A stretch of 64,000 bases of DNA from an uncultured Pseudomonadales bacterium (GTDB lineage Bacteria; Patescibacteriota; Microgenomatia; UBA1400; PJMF01): contig CAZEEV010000002.1 in NCBI GenBank assembly GCA_964511345.1, positions 2,770-66,769 of the forward strand, written 5' to 3'. The number at the start of each line of letters is the position of its first letter. The first letter of the stretch is position 1. Shown piece after piece: positions 57,169 through 64,000 of the stretch. A program made the position numbers and the translations under genes. The notes under the pieces were generated by a model. That model was not told the origin of the DNA. It searched no databases and saw only the letters and a list, made by a program, of their open reading frames with translations.

Positions 57169-59033
57169 GTGGCAATATGAATTGAAGCCAGCTCTTCAAG
57201 AGTCGTCGCTTCTTCATAGTTTTTATCACTACGAATTCGTACTAGCCTTGGAAAACGCAGGGCTACACCAGCGCTATGAATTGGTGACTGACTAATTTCA
57301 TCAGCGGCAATTTCTAAAACAATTTTTGGTTCCAACCAAAAATCTGGAGCCAAATTCTTATCGACATCATAAATAGCTGGTTTGTGATTTTTTTGACTCA
57401 AATTTTGATCTGCCATTTTTTTCACTTCTTTAAATTGCTCATCTGTTAAACCGGTGCCAATTTTAGATAGGCTTCTCACAATTAAATCTCCAGCCTCATC
57501 CTTATCCAAAACACCCACCAGTAAAGCACCAATTCCAAAAGCTTGTCTTTTACCTTTACCCACGTAGTAACCAAGCATGATGCAATCAATAGTATCCGAT
57601 AATTTTCCCTGGCTACCTTCTTCTTCTTTAATTTTAACCCAACGCCAAGATTTACGACCAGAAACATATTTTGAGTTTTTTTGCTTCATCACCGCACCCT
57701 CTAGACCTAGTTTCAATTGCTCTTCATGAAAAATCTTAAGCTTAGTCGGATCACTAATTAATAAATATTCTGTTTTTTTAATAAATTCTGAATCAGTTAA
57801 GATTTCATTTAGTTTGCTTTTTCTAGCAAGCAACTCTTCATCAATTAACACTTCATTATCGAGTAAAATTAGGTCAAAAGTGTAAAAACAAAGTGGAACC
57901 TCTAAGGCTTTAGCCGAAACGTTATGCTTGCGCTTGCGCTGTATGGTTTCTTGAAAAGATAAAAATTTGCCAGTTTTTTGATCAATACCAATAGCCTCCG
58001 TATCTAAAATACAATTTTGTACTTTAAGTGCTTTGACTACTTCCATCAATTCAGGAAACATGTGAGTCACGTCTTCTAAATTCCTGGTAAAAGCTTTATA
58101 TGGTAAATCATTATCTGCAAACTTTTCTTTATTAATATGAATTTGTACTCTCAGACCATCGTATTTTGGTTCGGCGAGAACCTCACCCATTTTCTCAATA
58201 ATTTCATGAGCGCTATTTAATCGCTGACAAAGTACAGGCAAAACGGGAATACCAATTTCTACCTGATAGGTTTTAAGCAATTCTGCACTACTTAATCCTG
58301 GGTATTCTAATAAATAAGCGGTGGCTAACTTACCTAAGTCGGCCTTTTTATAAAATGCTTTTTCCAAATTAGAACTATCGCTTTTGGTGCCAGTTTTCAC
58401 AAAAGACAAAGCATCGATGAGTGTCATGGTTGAAAAACCGAGCCTCATCTTGGATAAGATAATTCTGCTAATGTATTTGGCTGACAACGGATCTAGTTTT
58501 TGCAATAGATTAGCTAAAAAAGCTATTTTTTTATCTTGAGAACCAATCCCAGAAGTTGTGGCTATTTCACAGAGCAATGAATGAACTTCTTTAATTGAAA
58601 ACTGTTCTTTAAGTTTTTCAGAAGATTCCAGCTCAATTAAAGTTTGTTCAAAAAGTTCACCAATGTCGCCAACTTTTTTATATCTAGCAGTCAACTCTTT
58701 CTCCAGAATAGAATGATCACTGAATAAACTTTGATCGGTATTTGAAACTTCAGAAAAAAGATTATCTGCGTTAACTCGATCGAAACCTTTAACTTTAGCT
58801 TTTACATGGGCCAAGGTTTTGATTAGCATTTTTTCTGACATTTGAAACTCTAAGGATAAATACGAAGGCACTAAACTACCCTGCATCAAATAAGTTGCCA
58901 CGGTTAATTCTTCTTTAGCTTGCTGACCCTTCATTAAATCTTTAAAAAGATCAGCTAAAATAGAGGTAATTTCCAGACGAGCGGAAACATTTTCAATCTT
59001 TTGCAAATAGACGGAAAAGTCTTTAAAAAGCAT
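57165..59033 (-). CDS. lig: ATP-dependent DNA ligase (Lig1/archaeal-type, with N-terminal DNA-binding domain)
   Basis: Motif I EPKYDGLRVQIH (KxDG); motif IV/V region EGAVMK; motif VI-like WLEPKIVLEI; 622 aa. Confidence 0.85.
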   Translation of the reverse strand: MLFKDFSVYLQKIENVSARLEITSILADLFKDLMKGQQAKEELTVATYLMQGSLVPSYLSLEFQMSEKMLIKTLAHVKAKVKGFDRVNADNLFSEVSNTDQSLFSDHSILEKELTARYKKVGDIGELFEQTLIELESSEKLKEQFSIKEVHSLLCEIATTSGIGSQDKKIAFLANLLQKLDPLSAKYISRIILSKMRLGFSTMTLIDALSFVKTGTKSDSSNLEKAFYKKADLGKLATAYLLEYPGLSSAELLKTYQVEIGIPVLPVLCQRLNSAHEIIEKMGEVLAEPKYDGLRVQIHINKEKFADNDLPYKAFTRNLEDVTHMFPELMEVVKALKVQNCILDTEAIGIDQKTGKFLSFQETIQRKRKHNVSAKALEVPLCFYTFDLILLDNEVLIDEELLARKSKLNEILTDSEFIKKTEYLLISDPTKLKIFHEEQLKLGLEGAVMKQKNSKYVSGRKSWRWVKIKEEEGSQGKLSDTIDCIMLGYYVGKGKRQAFGIGALLVGVLDKDEAGDLIVRSLSKIGTGLTDEQFKEVKKMADQNLSQKNHKPAIYDVDKNLAPDFWLEPKIVLEIAADEISQSPIHSAGVALRFPRLVRIRSDKNYEEATTLEELASIHIAT

Positions 59034-59050
59034 AAAAATATTCTAACAGC

Positions 59051-60142
59051 TTAACTCAACAAAGTGTAACTTACGCCTTTAGTGACACCATGTTTTTGGA
59101 CCACATTTTTGGCAATTAAATCTTTGAGGTCACGTAAAATTGTATCGACAGAAACGTTAGGCAAAGCTTTTTGCGCATCTTCAGAAGTCATTTGACCCTG
59201 GTTTTGTAGGACTTCCAAAAGAATAATCTGTCTTTCAGAAAGAGCCACTTGTTGACCGAGCTCACGTTGAATTTTTAAATCTTGAGAAAGTTTTAAAACT
59301 TTTTGTTTAACTTTATCAATCTCTAAAGCTAAACCATAGGTAAAATACTCTAACCAATAAGTTAGATCCTTGTCGTCACTTTGCTGAACTGAAAGCAAAG
59401 CTTGGTAATAAGCTTCAACATCGCTGTCAAAATATTCTTCCAAAGCAAAAAAGCGTTTAAAATCATAACCAGCACTGTATAAAACCAAAGTAGCAAAGGC
59501 TCTAGCAACTCGGCCATTGCCTTCAACGAAAGGATGCACATAAACTAAAAAATAATGAGCAATAGCAGCTCTGAAGATTGGGTGCAATTCCATAGCCTCC
59601 GTGCTATTAATCCAAGTAAAAAAATCTTCCATTAAATATGGCACTTCAACTGCTACTGGCGGACGAAAAACTACTTGACCGTCAGCGGCACCTCGTACAA
59701 TCACTTGTTTGTCACGAAAAACAGCAATTTGCTCCTCAGGTAATAATCTTTGCATGGTTAACTTATGCAAAACCATCAAAGTATCCAAGTTTAATTCTTC
59801 CTGGAGTTTTTTAATCGGACGTTGATCAATCCAAGCCACTACATTGCGATAATTAATCACTTCTTGAATGTCTCTATCTCTAGCAATAATTCCAGTTTGA
59901 TCAACAACCATTTGTGGATTACTGGTATTTTTTAATTGCACCACTTTTCCAGCCTGATCAGCAGTTAATTCGTTACCTTCGATGTGAGTACCAAAGTGCA
60001 CCGTTCTTTGCATGGCTTCATCACGAAATTTAGCCTCCCAAGATGGCACTAAAGCAGAATGATCGATAAGAGCCTTAGCTGATTCAACTGAAGCGACATA
60101 AGTAAGTAAGTGGTTAGTAATTTTAAACTTCGGTTGATACAT
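59051..60142 (-). CDS. fic: Fic family protein (AMPylase-type) with C-terminal winged-helix domain
   Basis: Canonical Fic motif HPFVEGNGRVARAF; C-terminal wHTH-like segment; 18-bp gap to the downstream ligase gene on the same strand. Confidence 0.85.
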   Translation of the reverse strand: MYQPKFKITNHLLTYVASVESAKALIDHSALVPSWEAKFRDEAMQRTVHFGTHIEGNELTADQAGKVVQLKNTSNPQMVVDQTGIIARDRDIQEVINYRNVVAWIDQRPIKKLQEELNLDTLMVLHKLTMQRLLPEEQIAVFRDKQVIVRGAADGQVVFRPPVAVEVPYLMEDFFTWINSTEAMELHPIFRAAIAHYFLVYVHPFVEGNGRVARAFATLVLYSAGYDFKRFFALEEYFDSDVEAYYQALLSVQQSDDKDLTYWLEYFTYGLALEIDKVKQKVLKLSQDLKIQRELGQQVALSERQIILLEVLQNQGQMTSEDAQKALPNVSVDTILRDLKDLIAKNVVQKHGVTKGVSYTLLS

Positions 60143-60163
60143 TTAGATTGATTCTAAACCAGT

Positions 60164-61066
60164 TTGTTAATTTTGAAAAGATTCTTGCAAAATCTACAAG
60201 AAAAAGAAAATAACAACTACGCCAAAAGCGTAAAATACGTTACAATCAAGACGATTATGAGCAATTTAACTCCAATTTTAAAAGCAGCTTTTGGTGAAAT
60301 TATTTTAGCTGACGCAAAAAGCCATAAGGGACAGAATGGCAAATTATTGATTATCGGTGGAAGTGATTTGTTTCACGCAGCTAGTAAATGGAGTTTAGAT
60401 GTGGCTAGTAAAATTGTTGACATGGTTTTTTATACCTCTACACCAAGCAATAACAAAATAATCAGAGAAGCCAAAGAAAATTTCTGGAATGGCATCGTCA
60501 TTGAGCGCAAACAAATTGAGAGTTATATAAAAGAGGCTGATGTTGTTTTAATTGGACCAGGCATGGATCGCTCGTTTTACACCAAGCTTTTAGTCAACAA
60601 GTTACTCAAAAAATATGCTGACAAAAAATGGGTGATTGATGCTGGCGCGCTGCAAATGTTAGATGTTAATTTACTCAGGAAAAATCATATTATCACTCCC
60701 CATCATCAAGAGATGAGCTTGCTTAAAAACAAAAGCGAGTTATTTGACGAACAAAACTATCGAGCCAATTGTTATTGCTTGCTAAAAGGACCGATCGATA
60801 AAGTTTTTTCACCACAAAACCCGCAGGCTGTAAACATCGAGGGAGGAAATGCCGGTATGACCAAAGGAGGTACGGGTGATGTTTTAGCTGGCTTATTAGC
60901 CGCTCTCTATTGTAAAAACTCCGCCTTAAATAGTTGTTTAGTGGCGAGCTATATTAATAAAAAAGCCGGCGAAGAATTGTACTTAAAGCAAGGACTATAT
61001 TTTAACAGTAGTGATTTAGTGGAAATGATTCCAATAACTCTCTGGCAATTTTTACAAAACAATTAA
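60164..61066 (+). CDS. nnrD: ADP-dependent NAD(P)H-hydrate dehydratase (YjeF C-terminal/Nnr2 family)
   Basis: HKGQNGKLLIIGGS and GGTGDVLAGLLAAL. The true start may be the internal ATG near 60257 (MSNLTPILK). Confidence 0.8.
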   Translation: MLILKRFLQNLQEKENNNYAKSVKYVTIKTIMSNLTPILKAAFGEIILADAKSHKGQNGKLLIIGGSDLFHAASKWSLDVASKIVDMVFYTSTPSNNKIIREAKENFWNGIVIERKQIESYIKEADVVLIGPGMDRSFYTKLLVNKLLKKYADKKWVIDAGALQMLDVNLLRKNHIITPHHQEMSLLKNKSELFDEQNYRANCYCLLKGPIDKVFSPQNPQAVNIEGGNAGMTKGGTGDVLAGLLAALYCKNSALNSCLVASYINKKAGEELYLKQGLYFNSSDLVEMIPITLWQFLQNN

Positions 61067-62134
61067 ATTCAGCTCTTTGATTCTGTTTTTGAGATCCGCT
61101 AATACATCAGCATCGGCGGTGGTTAGAATCGTTTGATAATTAGATAATAACTCAAGCACCATATCTTTACTGTTAATGTCTAACTCAGACAAAATATCAT
61201 CTAGCAACAGCACTGGCTGATAGCCTATTTTGTCAGTGAGAAATTGCAACTCAGCAATTTTTAGCCATAAAACCCCCAATCTTTGCTGACCTCTTGAACC
61301 GTAAGCCAATAAACTTAAATCTTCGATGCCCTTATCTGTTTCAGAAAATTTTAAAAGAAAATCATCTTTATGCGGACCAATCAATGAATGTCCTAGAAAA
61401 ATTTCTTTGTCTAAATGTTCCAAAAGACGTTTTTCAGAAATCAATGATGGCAAATAATCAATGTTTAATTCAAAAGGAAAAACCACTTCTCTAATGAAGT
61501 CAATCAAGCTAGCGCGTTTATTTTGTAAGAATTCACCATACCGCACCAGATTGATGTTCCAAAAATTAAGCGCATCTCTACCTTCACTTCCTTCACTCAC
61601 TTTTTGTAATAAACGATTGCGACGTTTCAGCGTTTGTTCATATTTAGCCAAAGCTGAGCTATATTCTCCTGAAACCATACTCAAAGCATTATCCAAAAAA
61701 TTCCTTCTTCTTGAAGGAGAACCTTCTACTAAGCGCAAATCTTCTGGTCTAAAAACAACCGCTTTGAAAAAAGCTAAAAAGTCTTTTTTTCTGCGACGAA
61801 TATCATTAACTGCAAACAAACGGTATTGCGTTCTCTTTCCTTGCACCATACCTCTCGTCAACATTACTTCAAGCTTTAACTCTTCATCTTGTTCTTGATT
61901 GAGACCTTCCAAATCGATTAAACCTTGAACTCTCCCAAAATCAGTTTCCAAACGAATCATCTCCTCAACTTTGCCAGCTCTAAAACTATCGGCGCTGGCC
62001 AATAAATAAATTGCTTCTACGATGGATGTTTTACCAATACCATTAGCTCCAAAAATGAGATTGGTTTTCTCAAATTGAAAATTCTGCAAAGTAAAATTGC
62101 GAAAGTTTTGTAGGGCCAAAGATTTAATTAACAT
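61052..62134 (-). CDS. recF: DNA replication and repair protein RecF
   Basis: N-terminal MLIKSLALQNFRNF...LIFGANGIGKTSIVEAIYLL; C-terminal LLLDDILSELD (Walker B/D-loop); 360 aa. Confidence 0.85.
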   Translation of the reverse strand: MLIKSLALQNFRNFTLQNFQFEKTNLIFGANGIGKTSIVEAIYLLASADSFRAGKVEEMIRLETDFGRVQGLIDLEGLNQEQDEELKLEVMLTRGMVQGKRTQYRLFAVNDIRRRKKDFLAFFKAVVFRPEDLRLVEGSPSRRRNFLDNALSMVSGEYSSALAKYEQTLKRRNRLLQKVSEGSEGRDALNFWNINLVRYGEFLQNKRASLIDFIREVVFPFELNIDYLPSLISEKRLLEHLDKEIFLGHSLIGPHKDDFLLKFSETDKGIEDLSLLAYGSRGQQRLGVLWLKIAELQFLTDKIGYQPVLLLDDILSELDINSKDMVLELLSNYQTILTTADADVLADLKNRIKELNLIVL

Positions 62135-62140
62135 AAAATA

Positions 62141-62479
62141 TTAAGACTGGTTTGATTTGGCGAAAGCTCTGGTAAAACGCAACCACAAATAAAAAAGGAT
62201 AATCTGCCAATAAAAGCAAAAAAATAATCCCACTTGATAAAAAAATTTAAATATAAAAATATCTTTGTAGGCTCTCAACAGCAAATCTATGTGCAATGAA
62301 AAATAAAATAATAAAACAAAAAAAACAGGATAAAAAATGAAAGGTAACAATACTTTGTTCTTAACTAAAATTTGCACACTACGATAAGGATGCAAAAATA
62401 AACCCAACAACATTTGGCCGCATGAATAAATAAATGATTCTAGAATTAATAAAAGTTTGTATTGTGATTTTTTTTGCAT
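62141..62479 (-). CDS. hypothetical membrane protein
   Basis: 112 aa with 3 hydrophobic helices. Confidence 0.3.
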   Translation of the reverse strand: MQKKSQYKLLLILESFIYSCGQMLLGLFLHPYRSVQILVKNKVLLPFIFYPVFFVLLFYFSLHIDLLLRAYKDIFIFKFFYQVGLFFCFYWQIILFYLWLRFTRAFAKSNQS

Positions 62480-62488
62480 TTTAAAATA

Positions 62489-62764
62489 TCAGTTCATAAC
62501 CTGATAAAAATTTAGGATTAGGGTCGAAAAAATAGATAAAATTAAAATTGCTTGCCACAAATGAGTTGCTACATAATTGGAAAAGTCACTTAAAAAATCT
62601 GGTACAAATTTTTCTTGACTCAAAAAACTTTGTTCCTTGGCAGTGTCCTTGAGTAACTGTAAAAAATTATCTTTTTTCATGATTGACATCCAATGCTGCC
62701 CACAGCGATCTGAATTCTTGCCTTGCTCTAAAAAGATCTGATTCAACCGCTTTAACTGTATCAC
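62489..62764 (-). CDS. small single-TM protein downstream of the sigma factor (possible anti-sigma factor)
   Basis: C-terminal TM helix ILILSIFSTLILNF; overlaps the sigma gene's 3' end; the true start is probably internal (MKK near 62680-62689); assigned by position only. Confidence 0.25.
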   Translation of the reverse strand: MIQLKRLNQIFLEQGKNSDRCGQHWMSIMKKDNFLQLLKDTAKEQSFLSQEKFVPDFLSDFSNYVATHLWQAILILSIFSTLILNFYQVMN

Positions 62765-63239
62765 CCATTTCTAAAGCGATTTCTTTGACTTTTTTACAAT
62801 CAACATATTTCTTAAGTAGCAATTCGCGATTTTTACAAACCATACGTTTAAGCACTACACTCACCAACTCAGCAGAAGTAGCAGCATCTTTGTAATTCTG
62901 CTCTAATAAAAAATCACTTAAAGGAATGGTTTGAATAAATTTCTTGGCGTAGCGCTTACGATAATAATCGGCAATTTCATGGCGCAGGACACTTTGCATC
63001 CAAGTTAAAAGCGAAGAATTTCCCTTAAACAAGTTAAGCGTCTGCAAACAATTAATAAAAGTTTCCTGAACAATTTCAGCTGCTTGACTTGGATTTGATA
63101 TTTTACTCAGAGCAATTTTTTTCAATTTGAGACGATATTTTTTAAACCAATATTCCACTGCCAACTCATTACCTGTCTTTAGGGCCTCAACTAGCACTCG
63201 CTCATTATCAAAACCAACAAAACGCGTTAATTCTTGCAC
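62667..63239 (-). CDS. RNA polymerase sigma-70 family factor (ECF-like)
   Basis: Region 2-like FINCLQTLNLFKGNSSLLTWMQSVLRHEIADYYRK; region 4-like KVKEIALEMGDTVKAVESDLFRARQEFR; 190 aa. Confidence 0.65.
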   Translation of the reverse strand: MQELTRFVGFDNERVLVEALKTGNELAVEYWFKKYRLKLKKIALSKISNPSQAAEIVQETFINCLQTLNLFKGNSSLLTWMQSVLRHEIADYYRKRYAKKFIQTIPLSDFLLEQNYKDAATSAELVSVVLKRMVCKNRELLLKKYVDCKKVKEIALEMGDTVKAVESDLFRARQEFRSLWAALDVNHEKR

Positions 63240-63290
63240 ACCACTATTTTACACTAGAAAGAAAGCTAGATTCATTTATAATAATTCTTA

Positions 63291-63719
63291 ATGAAGAACA
63301 AGTTTATATTAGTTATTTTCTTATTCTTAACTTTTATCACTGGTTTTCTTTTCGCACATCCTCAAGAAATCAGTGCTCAAACCGCCGCGCCTGAAGAAAA
63401 TTTACTGGAAGTTGAAAACGTAGAAATTTCCTTAAGCGATAAGATGATTTTAAAAGACGGCACTCCAGTCAAGGACGTTTTTAATAGTACTGATGATATT
63501 GTCAATCTAATTGTTAAAGTGGTCTTTGTTGGCGCCGGCGTAGTACTTTTTGTGATGATCGTGATGGCAGGATTTTCAATGATCGGCGGAGACAGCAAAG
63601 ATAAAGACAAGGCTAAAACCACTATGACCTCCGCTGCCATTGGCTTCATCATAATGTTTGCAGCCTATTGGATCATGCAGATTATTCAACTCTTAACTGG
63701 TATTAAGATGGGTTTTTAA
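63291..63719 (+). CDS. small secreted/membrane protein with VirB2/TrbC-pilin-like architecture
   Basis: Signal peptide MKNKFILVIFLFLTFITGFLFA, then two hydrophobic helices (VVKVVFVGAGVVLFVMIVMAGF and AAIGFIIMFAAYWIMQIIQLL); 142 aa. Confidence 0.35.
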   Translation: MKNKFILVIFLFLTFITGFLFAHPQEISAQTAAPEENLLEVENVEISLSDKMILKDGTPVKDVFNSTDDIVNLIVKVVFVGAGVVLFVMIVMAGFSMIGGDSKDKDKAKTTMTSAAIGFIIMFAAYWIMQIIQLLTGIKMGF

Positions 63720-63755
63720 TAAAAAATAAAAATAGTTTATAATCAAAAAGTAATC

Positions 63756-64000
63756 ATGAAAAAATTTTTATTAGGATTATTCATCAGCTCGACATTGTTA
63801 TTTACTAGCAATCAAGCCGTAATAGCCGGAGAAGGTCCTGCTGGAGAAGATGCGCCATTAGCAGCAGATAGTGTTTTTGGTCAAATTGAAGCTCCTGCTG
63901 GAGTGGCTGAACTCAATACGCAGGCTGGAGCCGCAAGTAGTAACATTGGACTTTTAATCTTTGTTTCTAATGTGATTAAACTCGCCTCCATTGTGGCAGG
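63756..64000 (+). CDS. second small signal-peptide protein (5' partial, runs off the window end), pilin-like
   Basis: ATG at 63756; MKKFLLGLFISSTLLFTSNQAVIAGEG signal peptide, then a Gly/Ala-rich segment and a hydrophobic helix LLIFVSNVIKLASIVA. Confidence 0.3.
   Translation, partial: MKKFLLGLFISSTLLFTSNQAVIAGEGPAGEDAPLAADSVFGQIEAPAGVAELNTQAGAASSNIGLLIFVSNVIKLASIVA

Noticed and set aside
1-64000. CRISPR arrays, rRNA genes, IS elements or transposases
   Set aside because: No regularly spaced direct repeats with unique spacers, no rRNA-like conserved stretches, and no transposase or integrase-like ORFs or terminal inverted repeats were seen. The only repeats are intragenic ones in the surface-protein gene and the diverged paralogous module.
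1-64000. Possibility that the window is archaeal (mevalonate pathway, ATP-dependent ligase, DUF35-type thiolase complex)
   Set aside because: rpsA (S1), recF, pth, a sigma-70-family factor and the bacterial sugar transferase are bacterial hallmarks. I interpret it as a bacterium with archaeal-type isoprenoid genes.
1-64000. Alternative genetic code (UGA recoded, as in some CPR lineages)
   Set aside because: Long conserved genes (pgk, rpsA, ligase, carbamoyltransferase) are intact in the standard-code ORF track without in-frame TGA interruptions.

Overview
This is a low-GC (~32-35%) bacterial window read in the standard genetic code (long ORFs contain no in-frame UGA). The gene content is bacterial: rpsA, pgk, pth, recF and a sigma-70-family factor. 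It resembles a streamlined CPR/Patescibacteria-like genome, because it also carries an archaeal-style mevalonate operon and an ATP-dependent DNA ligase.

About half the window (7.6-42.7 kb) is one large cell-surface glycan biosynthesis and export locus:
- an initiating phosphosugar transferase;
- about 6 GT2/GT4 glycosyltransferases and a GT26 (WecB/TagA) glycosyltransferase;
- two Wzy_C/O-antigen-ligase-like proteins;
- GT-C (PMT/ArnT-like) membrane glycosyltransferases;
- SGNH/GDSL-fold proteins;
- a carbamoyltransferase flanked by two tiny membrane proteins;
- three SAM methyltransferases;
- an epimerase;
- a PQQ-propeller-GH5 fusion enzyme;
- a Wzm/Wzt ABC exporter.

Part of the locus is a tandem paralogous duplication (GT-C plus SGNH-like module). 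In the second copy the GT-C gene is split into two overlapping ORFs and the SGNH-like domain is fused to an epimerase.

Flanking and facing the locus are three paralogous surface proteins at 6.6 kb, 42.7 kb and 44.3 kb. Each has an N-terminal signal anchor, Cys-rich modules and Thr/Pro-rich linkers. They are the most plausible substrates of the PMT-like GT-C enzymes, which would make this a candidate protein O-glycosylation system.

Other notable content:
- a tRNA-Ile with the rare UAU anticodon (45304-45377);
- a complete mevalonate operon of mvaA, mvaS, archaeal-type thiolase and a DUF35-like OB-fold scaffold, two MVK-like GHMP kinases and mvaD, followed by an Asp/Glu racemase and a polyprenyl synthase;
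- a fic-lig operon;
- a TraD/VirD4-like coupling ATPase at the left edge;
- two VirB2/TrbC-like small pilin candidates at the right edge.

I found no CRISPR array, rRNA or obvious insertion sequence.
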